From Leptospiria bacterium (lineage in GTDB: Bacteria > Spirochaetota > Leptospiria > Turneriellales > CBDBES01), in the NCBI GenBank assembly GCA_965261485.1, contig CBDHCY010000005.1:1484901-1548900 (forward strand): 64,000 nucleotides of DNA. The letters run 5' to 3'. The notes under the pieces are model-generated. The model made no database searches and was not told the DNA's origin. It was given only the letters and a program-made list of their open reading frames with translations. The position numbers and the translations under genes are program-made. Shown here one piece after another: positions 39,476 through 50,192 of the stretch. Numbering within the stretch: the first letter of the stretch is position 1; every line of letters starts with the position of its first letter.

Positions 39476-41554
39476 TTAAGAGCAAGATTCTAAATACAGT
39501 CTAGCCGGAAGATCTTTTTTATTTATTTTGAGGACCTTCTCAAAATACTTTTTTGCAGATTTTTTGGCAGAATCTTTGAAAAGCTGAATACCTTTTTCAA
39601 AAGGCTCTAAAGTTTCCAAAAATAACTCTTTATTCTCTAGGTAACAATCTAAAATTTCATAAATAAGGATTACTTTTGATTTCCCTTTTGCCTGAAAATA
39701 GGCGATACGACGAAAAGAAAATTGATCCTTATCAGAAATTGCATTATAAGTAGCTTCAGATATCAATGCACGAGCTCCATAAGTTTTTGTCGCAGATTCA
39801 AGACGCGAGGCCAAATTTACTGCATCTGAAATGACCGTCGTATCTATTCGTTCAGACTCACCTATTGTGCCCATCGTTAATTGACCTAAATGTATTCCTA
39901 CACCAATTTGAATTGGCTGATCACCTTGTTCAATCACTCGATATTCATTATATTTCATCAATTGTTTATAAAAATCAATAGTTGCTCGAACCGCATCATC
40001 AGGTAAAATAGGAAAAAGAGCCATAATAGAATCACCAATATATTTATCAATAAATCCATTATTTTTTCGAATATATGGACCCATATTTTGCAAATAATTA
40101 TTAATAAAATCAAAATTTTCTCGAGAGGTCATTTTTTCTGAAAGTGTAGTAAAATTTCGGATATCAGAAAAAAATACTGTCATATTTCGCTCAATATGAT
40201 CTCCTAAATTAACCTCCATAATATCTTTTTTGTTAAGCAAAGATATAAATTGCTGAGGAATAAAACGGCGAAAAGAAATATTAAGTCTCTCTGATTTAGA
40301 AAGGTTTCTGGCAAATCGTTCCAATAATAGTAAATTATGAGCAATAATAATACCTAAAAATGCATATTTTCCAGAATAAAATGTATTGATAATAAGCCTA
40401 CTATGAAGAAGATCATTAATAAAACTTATAATTAAAAGAAAAAAGCTACCCATTATAATATATTTTCCTGATACCTCTCCCTCATTACTTGAGTGAAAAA
40501 TGGCAATAATTTGATAAATAAACAAAGCAAGAATTAGCGATTGATAATAAGTAATCAATGAAGTCATCTCAAACAATGGAAGTATAAAAGACAAAATAGA
40601 AAAGATGAAAGCAACTCCATAACTAGCATAAAGTATAAACTTATTAATTTTATTTTTGATGAGTATTGTGAAAAAATGAAAACCTACAGGTAGTGTCCAA
40701 AAAAAAGAAATATATTCCAACAAACGATATTGTTTATATTGAATGTTATGAAAAATATTTGTAATAATTTCTATATTAACAGCTAACTCTCTTAATAAAA
40801 AAAACATCGTAAAAAGTGAAAATATAACATAAATTTTATTTTTTCGATTAGACATAAAAATTAAAAGATTAGAGAGAATAACTAACAATAAAATTCCCAT
40901 GATAAAGCTATCAGCTAAATTCTCTCTAATGGTATAATTCAGTAAATCTTCATAAACACCAAGATAAATAGGTTTAACGAAACCGCCATCTCTATGTTTA
41001 AAGTTTGCTATTTGAACAATTAAATCAAAACTCTTATCAATCTCTGGTAGCGATAGAAGTGAATTTTTGAGACTGGCCTGATATTTACTTGCTTCGCTTG
41101 AGACTACTCCAGTTTCACCAATTATTTTATCATTAATAAATATTTTTGCAGAAGTATTCTGGCCTTTAAAAAAAAGAGCCAAAGGATTTTTTTTAATAAA
41201 ATTAATAAATTTTTTATCACTTGGAAGTATCACAGTAAGGGCAAAAGTAGCATATCCCTTTCCTCCTTTTTGATTAGCTAAATTCCACTTATTAGGCACA
41301 TTCAAATAGACATTTGTTTTACTTTGTTGAATTTCATTTTTAGAGCTCCAAAGTTTTTTCCAATAAAACTTCCAGTCACCTGTCAATGGTATCATTTTAT
41401 GACTTTTATAATTCCACGAAGAAAGATCGACTGTCCCATTTTTTGCATAATTTTGAATCCTCATGAAATCGCTAGAATGACAACTATTCATGATAAAGAG
41501 AAAGTACAAAATATGATAATATTTCATCTTCATCTTCATCTTCATCAAAGTCAA
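39476..41554 (-). CDS. 7TM-DISM receptor fused to a class III adenylate/guanylate cyclase
   Basis: Periplasmic domain, about 7 TM helices, and a cyclase core (MTVFFSDIRNFTTLSE...GDSIMALF...VNLASRLE). Confidence 0.85.
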   Translation of the reverse strand: MTLMKMKMKMKYYHILYFLFIMNSCHSSDFMRIQNYAKNGTVDLSSWNYKSHKMIPLTGDWKFYWKKLWSSKNEIQQSKTNVYLNVPNKWNLANQKGGKGYATFALTVILPSDKKFINFIKKNPLALFFKGQNTSAKIFINDKIIGETGVVSSEASKYQASLKNSLLSLPEIDKSFDLIVQIANFKHRDGGFVKPIYLGVYEDLLNYTIRENLADSFIMGILLLVILSNLLIFMSNRKNKIYVIFSLFTMFFLLRELAVNIEIITNIFHNIQYKQYRLLEYISFFWTLPVGFHFFTILIKNKINKFILYASYGVAFIFSILSFILPLFEMTSLITYYQSLILALFIYQIIAIFHSSNEGEVSGKYIIMGSFFLLIISFINDLLHSRLIINTFYSGKYAFLGIIIAHNLLLLERFARNLSKSERLNISFRRFIPQQFISLLNKKDIMEVNLGDHIERNMTVFFSDIRNFTTLSEKMTSRENFDFINNYLQNMGPYIRKNNGFIDKYIGDSIMALFPILPDDAVRATIDFYKQLMKYNEYRVIEQGDQPIQIGVGIHLGQLTMGTIGESERIDTTVISDAVNLASRLESATKTYGARALISEATYNAISDKDQFSFRRIAYFQAKGKSKVILIYEILDCYLENKELFLETLEPFEKGIQLFKDSAKKSAKKYFEKVLKINKKDLPARLYLESCS

Positions 41555-42276
41555 GATTCCACTGAAATTATTTTATGAGATAAGCCTTTGGCAAAAGACT
41601 CTATCGTACTCTGTTTTGCCACATAATAAAGTGCCAGACCTTTATTTAAGAATAAAGAAGCGGTAGTATTCCCCAAACAACATAAACGGTGTGAGATTCT
41701 ATTTAGTTTTTGATCAAGATAGCTTTTAACAGTAAGTGGAGAAGTGAACATCCATACCGACTCTTTAGCTAAAAATTCACCTAAACTACTCGCTTCTTTT
41801 TTCCAAACTGATGTTGAATTCTCAATAAGTAGAGAATATGATTGATAAGGCTGATGAAGATGTACGTCAAAACCCAAAGAACTTAGTTTGTTCACTCCCG
41901 TCATAACCCCACCTTTAGCACCTAACCATAAAATCGAACCTGATTTTATATATTTCATAAGTATACCAGCAACTGAAAGTGCATTATATACACTAGGCAC
42001 ATGCACACATGATAGTTGCCAAGCAGTCTTCATAAGAGCGGCTGTTTCAGGACCCACTGCAAACCATTTTTTTGTTTTAATTTTAGAGATATTGGGCAAA
42101 TGCCGTATCACACTCTGGGAGGCACATACAACAGCCGCATAATCTTTTTCCGTATCTATATTAATAGACAAAGGCTTTGTTGCAATAAGTGGTAAATGAT
42201 AAAAGCGATCATTAGGTTGTAAATTTATCTTTGAATCAATCTTTCTAGTAGAATGTCCGCAAAAGATATATCTCAT
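41551..42276 (-). CDS. putative uroporphyrinogen-III synthase (HemD-like)
   Basis: The two-lobe pattern (PLIATKPL..., WFAVGPETAALM) resembles HemD. Weak assignment. 4-bp overlaps with both neighbours. Confidence 0.45.
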   Translation of the reverse strand: MRYIFCGHSTRKIDSKINLQPNDRFYHLPLIATKPLSINIDTEKDYAAVVCASQSVIRHLPNISKIKTKKWFAVGPETAALMKTAWQLSCVHVPSVYNALSVAGILMKYIKSGSILWLGAKGGVMTGVNKLSSLGFDVHLHQPYQSYSLLIENSTSVWKKEASSLGEFLAKESVWMFTSPLTVKSYLDQKLNRISHRLCCLGNTTASLFLNKGLALYYVAKQSTIESFAKGLSHKIISVES

Positions 42277-42551
42277 GATGAAAGTTTATTTTTAGAATGT
42301 ATTTTTATTTGATACTTCTCCATAACTGGGTTATGAAGAAGAGACTCTGTTATTTTTTTTGATTCTTCAATGGCTTCTTTTTCAGAGGAAGCTTCAATTT
42401 GAAGAAGAATATGTTTACCCACTCTAATATTTTTAATTATATTTTTATTACTCTGAATTGCACTTCGTTGATAGCTTAGAATAATTGCCTGACCTTGTGG
42501 TTCTAAAACAGATTCTTTATAGGTAACAATGACTTCTACCGTAAATTTCAC
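42273..42551 (-). CDS. purS: phosphoribosylformylglycinamidine synthase subunit PurS
   Basis: 92 aa. VEVIVTYKESVLEPQGQAI is typical of PurS. Confidence 0.8.
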   Translation of the reverse strand: MKFTVEVIVTYKESVLEPQGQAIILSYQRSAIQSNKNIIKNIRVGKHILLQIEASSEKEAIEESKKITESLLHNPVMEKYQIKIHSKNKLSS

Positions 42552-42564
42552 TTTTTGTTATTAT

Positions 42565-43452
42565 TTAAGAGAGTTGCAATATTTTTCTTTGAATATTTTC
42601 ATAATTAATTTTAGTTTCTTCTAAAATATCTATAGGAAGTTTGGGTAAAGGAGGCTTTTTATTCCAATTAATTTTTTCAAGATAATTACGAATGATCTGT
42701 TTATCCATACTAGGTGGAGGCTGACCTTTTATAAACGAGAGTTCATATTTTTCTTTTTCGCAAAAACGTGAGGAATCAGGTGTAAGAACTTCATCAATTA
42801 AAATGAGTTCTTTTTTATAAAATCCAAATTCAAATTTTGTATCTAAAAGAATTATCCCTGTTTCTTTAAGTTTTTCATTAGCCCAATCATAAATTTTTAG
42901 TGAGACATCTCTTAATTGACAGGCGATTTTAGCTCCCAGTGATTTTTTTATTTCTTCTAAAGAAACAATTTCATCAGCACCAATATCACTTTTTGTAGTA
43001 GGAGTAAAAATTGCCTCTGGTAATTTTTCACCAAATTTAATATTTGGCGGTAACGAAATATCACAGACACTGCCTTTTTCTTGATACTCTTTATAACCAG
43101 ACCCAAGTAAATAACCCCTCACTACACATTCAAAATTAATTCTTTCAGCTTTATTCACCCAAACACTGTTCCCACAAAAATCTAAATCTTCACAAAACGG
43201 TTTTGGAAATTTTTTATAATCAATTTCAAGGAGATGATTTTTTATATTTTTGATGATTGAAAACCAATGATTTGAAATATTTGTAAGTATTTGACCCTTG
43301 CCAAGAATATTTTCTTTAAATACATGATCAAACGCAGAAACGCGATCGGATGTTTGTATGATCAGACTATCATGAAGATCATAGATATTTCGAATTTTAC
43401 CTCTAGATGAAGGCTTAATTCTTTTTTTATTTCTTTGAGATAAATTCAACAA
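42565..43452 (-). CDS. purC: phosphoribosylaminoimidazole-succinocarboxamide (SAICAR) synthase
   Basis: GKIRNIYD, DRVSAFD and LLDTKFEFG motifs. Confidence 0.9.
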   Translation of the reverse strand: MLNLSQRNKKRIKPSSRGKIRNIYDLHDSLIIQTSDRVSAFDHVFKENILGKGQILTNISNHWFSIIKNIKNHLLEIDYKKFPKPFCEDLDFCGNSVWVNKAERINFECVVRGYLLGSGYKEYQEKGSVCDISLPPNIKFGEKLPEAIFTPTTKSDIGADEIVSLEEIKKSLGAKIACQLRDVSLKIYDWANEKLKETGIILLDTKFEFGFYKKELILIDEVLTPDSSRFCEKEKYELSFIKGQPPPSMDKQIIRNYLEKINWNKKPPLPKLPIDILEETKINYENIQRKILQLS

Positions 43453-43478
43453 TTATTACACACCAATAAATTCTATTT

Positions 43479-44426
43479 TTAAAGATTCTTTACTCTTAAT
43501 TTTTTGTGCTGCCCTAATTTATCTAATAAGAACGCAATAATTGCACCCAGTATAATAAGTGCTACAATATAAATATGTAACGTATTAGGCAAAGTCTCTG
43601 AAGTCACATAAGAATAAGGCCAGATTTTCTTTAGACCACCCAACATAATACCAATCATTGAAGCGATAAGCATTGATCTATGATTATCGAGAAAATATTT
43701 CAAAACCCTCAAGAAGAAATAAAGACCAACTCCCATGCCAAGCATAAATATCAGAATAATAAAAAAATTTTTATTATGAAGTGCTTCCAAGATTATCTTA
43801 TATTCACCTAAAATAATTAGTATGTAAGCACCTGAAATTCCAGGAAGTATCATGGCACATATCCCTAAAGCTCCTGATAAAAAGATATAAAAAGGTTGAG
43901 TGCTACCCTCTAAATTTACACCACTAAAAAGAAGCATTAACATAAGGGAGGCAAAAAATACAATAATAAAAAAATTTTTAAAATCTCGATTGACTTCTCG
44001 AAAAAGGGGTGGCAACGAAAAAGTAATCAAGCCAAAGAAAAAAGAAAAACAATATTCGGGATAATGCTCTAATAAAGTAGACACAAATGTAGACATAAGT
44101 AAAATTGCTCCTCCAACCCCTCCGAATAGAAAAATTAGAAAAAACCAATTCACCTCTAATAAATTTTGCTTTGCTTTTTCTTTTTTAATTTTTTCGACAA
44201 AGGGATTAAAAAAATAATAGGCATCCACAATTTTAGAAACCTTGCATTGACTTAATGATTGAATTAAGTCATTATAAATTCCAGTAATCAAAGCAATGGT
44301 GCCACCAGAGACACCGGGTATGACATCAGCAACCCCCATACTAAAGCCTCGTAGAAAAATAAACAAAAATTTCAATACTTTTTGAAGCATATTGCGAATG
44401 CTTATAAATTGAATTTGTCTTGTCAA
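43479..44426 (-). CDS. DUF368-family integral membrane protein
   Basis: GVADVIPGVSGGTIALITGIY and a second PGISGAYILIILG repeat. Polytopic. Confidence 0.75.
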   Translation of the reverse strand: MTRQIQFISIRNMLQKVLKFLFIFLRGFSMGVADVIPGVSGGTIALITGIYNDLIQSLSQCKVSKIVDAYYFFNPFVEKIKKEKAKQNLLEVNWFFLIFLFGGVGGAILLMSTFVSTLLEHYPEYCFSFFFGLITFSLPPLFREVNRDFKNFFIIVFFASLMLMLLFSGVNLEGSTQPFYIFLSGALGICAMILPGISGAYILIILGEYKIILEALHNKNFFIILIFMLGMGVGLYFFLRVLKYFLDNHRSMLIASMIGIMLGGLKKIWPYSYVTSETLPNTLHIYIVALIILGAIIAFLLDKLGQHKKLRVKNL

Positions 44427-44442
44427 GTAACCTTATCTTTTT

Positions 44443-44922
44443 ATGTTTGGTCTGCTTATGGATAAAATTATTATTTCATCTTTTGAAGAATTTAAACAAT
44501 ATGAAGGCAAAGAGATCGGGGTTTCTGATTATATAACGATTGATCAAGATAGAATCAATAAATTTGCTGATGCGACATCAGATCATCAGTGGATTCATGT
44601 TGATCAAGAGAAAGCTAAAAAAGAATCTCCATTTGGGGTTACAATTGCACATGGTTATCTGACAATGTGTATGGCACCATATTTTTTATACGAGATGTTT
44701 GATTTTCCGGGCATAAAGTTACTGGTCAACTACGGTCTTGATAAAATGAAACTTATGCAGCCAGTGAAAGTAAATAGTAAAATTCGCCTTCGAGCAGAAC
44801 TTTTAAGCCTCAAGAACCTAAGAGGAACCATTAAATCAACAATGAAGCTTACCTTTGAGATTAAAGGGATTGATAAACCGGCATGTCAAGCCGAGGTTAC
44901 TTACTTATATCAATTTTCATAA
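44443..44922 (+). CDS. MaoC-like (R)-specific enoyl-CoA hydratase / dehydratase
   Basis: Hot-dog hydratase motif FADATSDHQWIHVDQEKA. Confidence 0.8.
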   Translation: MFGLLMDKIIISSFEEFKQYEGKEIGVSDYITIDQDRINKFADATSDHQWIHVDQEKAKKESPFGVTIAHGYLTMCMAPYFLYEMFDFPGIKLLVNYGLDKMKLMQPVKVNSKIRLRAELLSLKNLRGTIKSTMKLTFEIKGIDKPACQAEVTYLYQFS

Positions 44923-45127
44923 ATTTAAAAAGTTTTGTTTTAGCTTTTACATAAAAATAAAAAATTGTTTTCTTGTTATATTTTTTGTAGATTGGGTATA
45001 GATATCCTCAAAAATTTATAAAAAATCAATAGAATGCTGTCAGAGATATATCTCAAACATCTAAAAACCTAAATTATATATAATTTTTTTGAATTATAAT
45101 TGACAGATTTCAATATTTTTTTACTTA

Positions 45128-45721
45128 TTGCAAATGATTCTTAGTACCAATCAATATAGCTGTAAAGTTAATTATTTTAGCTTCACTTATGTTTTAATTT
45201 TTTGGCAAATTTTATTATTTCTTCCCTTTGTAGTGGATGCTCGACAATTGATATCACTCAAAGATGCTTTAAATTCAGCTTTTAAGAATTCTAAAAATTT
45301 CGAGAGAGAGGTTATCTATCTTAGCGAGAAGGAGTTAGAACAAATTCAAAGTATGAATAGCTCAAAAACTTTTAAAATTAAAAGTCAACTTGTAATTCGA
45401 TATAAAGCCATTCAAAAAGGCAATGTTATTGGTTATTCTTACATTGATACTCACCAAGTACGTACATTATCTGAGACAATTTTAGTCTCTGTTAACAAAA
45501 GTGGGCATGTCACCAGAATTGAAGTTCTTAATTTTAATGAACCAAGTGAATATTTGGCACCAAAGAAGTGGCTTGAACAATTTAGACAACAAAAAGTTCT
45601 TAATACAAAAATTATAAAAAGAGATATATACGGTATTACTGGTGCAAGCTTAACTGCAGAGGCTATAAAAAGAGCAGTTCTCAGAGTTTCAGTTTTACAC
45701 CACTTTATTCAAAATTTATGA
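45128..45721 (+). CDS. secreted FMN-binding domain protein (predicted ApbE flavinylation substrate)
   Basis: N-terminal signal/TM segment. C-terminal GITGASLTAEAIKRAV contains the [ST]GA[ST] flavinylation motif (about 45632-45660). Confidence 0.6.
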   Translation: MQMILSTNQYSCKVNYFSFTYVLIFWQILLFLPFVVDARQLISLKDALNSAFKNSKNFEREVIYLSEKELEQIQSMNSSKTFKIKSQLVIRYKAIQKGNVIGYSYIDTHQVRTLSETILVSVNKSGHVTRIEVLNFNEPSEYLAPKKWLEQFRQQKVLNTKIIKRDIYGITGASLTAEAIKRAVLRVSVLHHFIQNL

Positions 45722-47139
45722 AATTTAAAGATAAGTGGCAATACCACTTTCTTTGGATTTCAATTTTTTTTACCTCCATTACTGGAACTCTACTTTTGAT
45801 TATGAAGTATATTTTATCACCTATGGATATGTTTTCTGTTATTAATCATCCATGGCAGAGTATTACATTAAAACTTCATATTTTATTCGCACCATTTATG
45901 ATTTTTGGGCTTGGTTACACAACCGTCTTACACGTAATTCCCTATATAAAAGAGAATATGCGAAAATCTTTAAAAACAGGGCTTAGTGCTTTCATCATGC
46001 TTTGCCCTATGATACTCTCTGGATATTTTATTCAATGTTTAACGAACCAAAATTGGAATAAAATTGCATCAATTTTACATATTGCAACAAGTTTTGTTTT
46101 TCTTATTTCTTTTATAATTCATCAACTGATCTCTCATCGAGAAAAATTAATTATACATACTTGTATAATTTTTATTTTTTTATTCTTTTCATCTTTCCCC
46201 CTTTGGCCTATAAAGAAAACTCTTTCAACCAACAAACAACAAGATCAATTCTCTTCTAATCAAATTGAAAGAAGCTGGGTATTAATGGGCACTCTACTTT
46301 TAGTTCAGATTGAAACCAAGAATAAAGAGCTCGCAAAAGAGAAAGCAGAGATTATTTGGAAAGTAGTGAATGACCTAGATCAAAAGATGAGCACTCATAA
46401 AACAAATAGCGATATTTCGAGAATAAATCGACTTGCTGCCTTCAAAGAAATTTCTGTTGATAAGGACATATTTGAGGCTATTCAATTATCAAAACTTATT
46501 AGCGAACAAAGTCTCTTAGCTTTTGATATTACAACATCACCTCTAATTAAATTATGGAAAAAAGCTCAAAAAGAAAATCACTTGCCTTTAAAAACGAGTA
46601 ACCAAATGGCAAGAGGATATGTTGGTTCGTTCAATATTCAAATTAATCATAAAAAAAATTCAATATACTTTCTTAAAAAAGGTATGTCTATTAACATGGG
46701 TGCTATAGGGAAAGGCTTTGCTCTAGAAAAAGCGATCAATCAAATTAATGATGACACTCTATTTTGTGCTACTCTCAACTTTGGTGGTCAAATTGTCTAT
46801 ATCAAAAATCGACCTCATTGTAAAAGTAAAAGTTTTGCAGTGCAAAGAGTTAATCATAACCATAGACCAATTATATTTAAACTAGACTCGACACGCTCGT
46901 TAGCAACATCAAGTAATTCTGAACACTATTTTATTTACAAAGGGATGAGTTATGGTCACATACTAGACCCACGAACAGGTTTTCCCGCAAATAAGGTACT
47001 TTCGGTAACAGTTGCCCATCCATCACCCACACTCGCTGATGCATGGGCAACCGCACTTTTTGTTTTGGGGCCATCTCACGAAAAAAGAATTTTAAAACTG
47101 CATCCAAAAATGAAGGTTCGTTGGGTTTTAAATGATTAA
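45718..47139 (+). CDS. apbE: polytopic membrane domain fused to FAD:protein FMN transferase (ApbE)
   Basis: About 170 aa with 5 predicted TM helices, then an ApbE core (VLMGT..., GAIGKGFALEKA, HILDPRTG, ADAWATALFV). Confidence 0.8.
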   Translation: MKFKDKWQYHFLWISIFFTSITGTLLLIMKYILSPMDMFSVINHPWQSITLKLHILFAPFMIFGLGYTTVLHVIPYIKENMRKSLKTGLSAFIMLCPMILSGYFIQCLTNQNWNKIASILHIATSFVFLISFIIHQLISHREKLIIHTCIIFIFLFFSSFPLWPIKKTLSTNKQQDQFSSNQIERSWVLMGTLLLVQIETKNKELAKEKAEIIWKVVNDLDQKMSTHKTNSDISRINRLAAFKEISVDKDIFEAIQLSKLISEQSLLAFDITTSPLIKLWKKAQKENHLPLKTSNQMARGYVGSFNIQINHKKNSIYFLKKGMSINMGAIGKGFALEKAINQINDDTLFCATLNFGGQIVYIKNRPHCKSKSFAVQRVNHNHRPIIFKLDSTRSLATSSNSEHYFIYKGMSYGHILDPRTGFPANKVLSVTVAHPSPTLADAWATALFVLGPSHEKRILKLHPKMKVRWVLND

Positions 47140-49860
47140 TTATTCAAGTGCTCTCTGAATAATATCTTGTTGTTCTCTACTATGAATTTTAGCGAGACCA
47201 GCCGCAGGACTGGCTGAAGTTGGGCGGGAGATGCATTTAATATTAATATTTTTCTGTAAAAGCTCTTTTAGTTGAGTTTCTAAGAATAGCCAAGCCCCCA
47301 TATTAGCTGGCTCTTCTTGGAGCCAATAACACTCCTTGAGGTTTGAATATAATTTCAGGAGTTCTTTAATTTTATTCTCCGGAAAAGGATACAATTGTTC
47401 AACACGTACTAAAATAATATTAGTAATTTTTTTATCTTTGAGCATTTTATAAATTTCATAATAAATTTTTCCGCTCATGAGAATTAATCTCGTTACTTGT
47501 TTAGGAGTTTTACTTGAATCAATAATTATTTTTTCAAAACGACCATGAGTAATTTCTTTCATGCTCGATGAGGCCTCTGGGAGCCTTAATAAACTTTTTG
47601 GGCTCATTATGATCAAAGGTTTTTTAGATTTTCTTAAAATTTGTCTTCGTAGTAGGTGAAATATTTGAGCTGGAGTTGTAGGGTAACACACTTGCAAATT
47701 TTGTTCAGCACACATATGTAAAAAACGTTCTAAACGAGCACTTGAATGTTCGGGACCTTGCCCCTCATAACCATGGGGAAGTAACATGGTAAGACCACTC
47801 ATACGTAGCCATTTAACCTCAGAGCTACTCAAAAATTGATCAATAATAACTTGGGCACCATTTGCAAAGTCACCAAATTGTGCTTCCCATACGACTAGAG
47901 CATCAGGATCTGCAAGAGAATAGCCATATTCAAAACCCAAAACAGAGAACTCAGAGAGTGGAGAATTAACAATCTCTAATTTACTTTGATTCTCTGAAAT
48001 ATGATTAAGAGGAAACCATTTTTCTTCTGTTTCTCTGTCAACAAAACCAGCATGTCGGTGAGAAAAAGTACCACGAATACTATCTTGACCAACAAAACGT
48101 ATTTTATGTTGACTGTCTAAAATAGAACCCATCGCAAGAGCTTCGGCAAAACCCCAGTCAATTTCTATTTCTCCTTCATACATTTTTTTTCGATTTTCAA
48201 TCAATTTAATTAACTTCGGATGAATATTAAAAGAATCAGGTATCGAAAAAAGTGCATTCGCTACTTTCTTGAGTTGTTTTTTTAAAAGATTAGTATCAGG
48301 CTCTCCGGTCTCTTCTCTCGAATAAGAGGACCAACGATCTTTAAGGGTTTCAGCGACCATGTGTGTACGACCTTCTTTAACCTGTTTAAATGAATCGTCT
48401 AAGGTTTTTGTGGCATTAATTTTTATTTTTTCGATCTCTTCTTTTTTAATCTCAAGGTTTTGAATAATTTTTTCTTCATAGAGATCAACCACTGGTTTAT
48501 GTTTTCTAATTTTTTTATACATAGAAGGTTGTGTGAAGGCGGGTTCATCTGTTTCGTTATGACCTAGCTTGCGATAACAAACTAGGTCAAGTATTACATC
48601 TTTTTTAAATTTCTTTCGATAACTCATAGCAAGTTGTACAACACGAAAAACAGATTCTGGATCATCACCATTTACGTGAAAAATAGGAATTTGAAAACCT
48701 TTTGCTAAATCAGTCGCATAAAGAGTCGAGCGTGATTCCATGGGTAGGGTGGTAAAACCAATTTGATTATTAAATACAACGTGTAAAACACCTCCTGTGC
48801 TAAAGCTTTCTAAGTTCACAAGATTAAGACTCTCAGCAACAATACCTTGCCCAGCAAAAGCGGCATCACCATGAATTAAAAGAGCCATAAACTTATCTCG
48901 TTGATGATCTTTAGCCATTGTTTGACGGGCACGAACAGAACCCATCACAACCGGATTTACAGCCTCAAGATGACTCGGATTAAAAGCCAAAGAAAGTTTA
49001 ATTTTTTTTCCTGAACGTGTTATAACATGATTTGAATAGCCTAGATGATATTTAACATCCGCATAATCGAGAGTTTGAGGATCATAGTTTTCTTCAAACT
49101 CAGCAAAAATTTGACTAGCTGGTTTTTGTAAAGAGTTCACTAAAACATTTAATCGCCCTCGATGAGCCATACCCATTACAATACATTCTAAACCATCATC
49201 TGCCCCCTTCTCAATTATAGAGCTTAGTAAAGGAATAAATGATTCACCACCTTCAAGGGAAAAACGTTTTTTACCAATATATTTTTTAGCGAGAAAGTGC
49301 TCAAAAAAATCAGCATGCACGAGATTATCATAAAGTTCTAATTTAATATTTTTTGATAAATCTTGATTATGTTCAAAAGACTCAATTTGTGTTTGGAGCC
49401 ATAATCGTTCTTTTTCATTTACGATATAGTGATGCTCATAACCAATATTTCCACAGTAAATTTTTTCAAACCATGGTATAATATCTTTTAATTGTTTAGC
49501 TTTGAATCTAGAATCAAGAATAGAGAATTCAAGTAATAATTCTTTCTCTCCAATTAAGGCAAGTTTTTCTTCAATGATCTCTCTGGTAGGTTCATGAATA
49601 TTTAGCGGGTCTAGAGAAGCAGCGAGATGCCCATGGGCTCGATATGTGTTCAGAAGATTTTCGATGCCCATTGTCTTAAGTGTCATCGTATTTTGTAGCC
49701 TATCAATACGAGGCGGAAGGTTTGAATTATTATCAATAGTGGTAAAAAAATCAAGCCAAGCTTGATCTAATGCACTAGGGTTTGTTTCATATGTTTTATG
49801 AAGGTCTTCTAATATAGCAAGATTAGCACCACTTAAAGCAGAGTAAGTCAGTTGGTTCAT
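47140..49860 (-). CDS. sucA: 2-oxoglutarate dehydrogenase E1 component
   Basis: 906 aa with RGHL..A.LDPL, GHNETDEPAFTQP and LPHGYEGQGPEHSSARLERFL. Confidence 0.95.
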   Translation of the reverse strand: MNQLTYSALSGANLAILEDLHKTYETNPSALDQAWLDFFTTIDNNSNLPPRIDRLQNTMTLKTMGIENLLNTYRAHGHLAASLDPLNIHEPTREIIEEKLALIGEKELLLEFSILDSRFKAKQLKDIIPWFEKIYCGNIGYEHHYIVNEKERLWLQTQIESFEHNQDLSKNIKLELYDNLVHADFFEHFLAKKYIGKKRFSLEGGESFIPLLSSIIEKGADDGLECIVMGMAHRGRLNVLVNSLQKPASQIFAEFEENYDPQTLDYADVKYHLGYSNHVITRSGKKIKLSLAFNPSHLEAVNPVVMGSVRARQTMAKDHQRDKFMALLIHGDAAFAGQGIVAESLNLVNLESFSTGGVLHVVFNNQIGFTTLPMESRSTLYATDLAKGFQIPIFHVNGDDPESVFRVVQLAMSYRKKFKKDVILDLVCYRKLGHNETDEPAFTQPSMYKKIRKHKPVVDLYEEKIIQNLEIKKEEIEKIKINATKTLDDSFKQVKEGRTHMVAETLKDRWSSYSREETGEPDTNLLKKQLKKVANALFSIPDSFNIHPKLIKLIENRKKMYEGEIEIDWGFAEALAMGSILDSQHKIRFVGQDSIRGTFSHRHAGFVDRETEEKWFPLNHISENQSKLEIVNSPLSEFSVLGFEYGYSLADPDALVVWEAQFGDFANGAQVIIDQFLSSSEVKWLRMSGLTMLLPHGYEGQGPEHSSARLERFLHMCAEQNLQVCYPTTPAQIFHLLRRQILRKSKKPLIIMSPKSLLRLPEASSSMKEITHGRFEKIIIDSSKTPKQVTRLILMSGKIYYEIYKMLKDKKITNIILVRVEQLYPFPENKIKELLKLYSNLKECYWLQEEPANMGAWLFLETQLKELLQKNINIKCISRPTSASPAAGLAKIHSREQQDIIQRALE

Positions 49861-49982
49861 TTTTATTATCTTAATCTCTAAAAAATTATGGTAAGAATCT
49901 ATAAACTCTCTTTGACAAGTCTATTTTTTATTTTTTTATGAAAATAAATTTTTGAGTGAACCTTAAACTCTTAAGGAGCTCT

Positions 49983-50192
49983 CAAATGGAGGTTCAGCCT
50001 ACCTTTTTATTGTTATAGCGGTGGCATTGCCTGAAACTCATAAACACCCATCAAATTCAAATTGAAAGTTGAAAATGGAAAATTGAGGTTCAGCCTACTT
50101 TTTATTGTTATAGCGGCGGCATTGGCTGAGCTTCATAAGCACCCATCAAATTGAAAGTTGAAAATGGAAAATTGAAGGTTCAGATTACTTTT
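49983..50192 (-). repeat. 3'-tail cassette array A4 (2 units) downstream of P4
   Basis: Units at about 50012 (TATAGCGGTGGCATTGCCTGAAACTCATAAACACCC) and about 50108 (TATAGCGGCGGCATTGGCTGAGCTTCATAAGCACCC). Confidence 0.85.
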
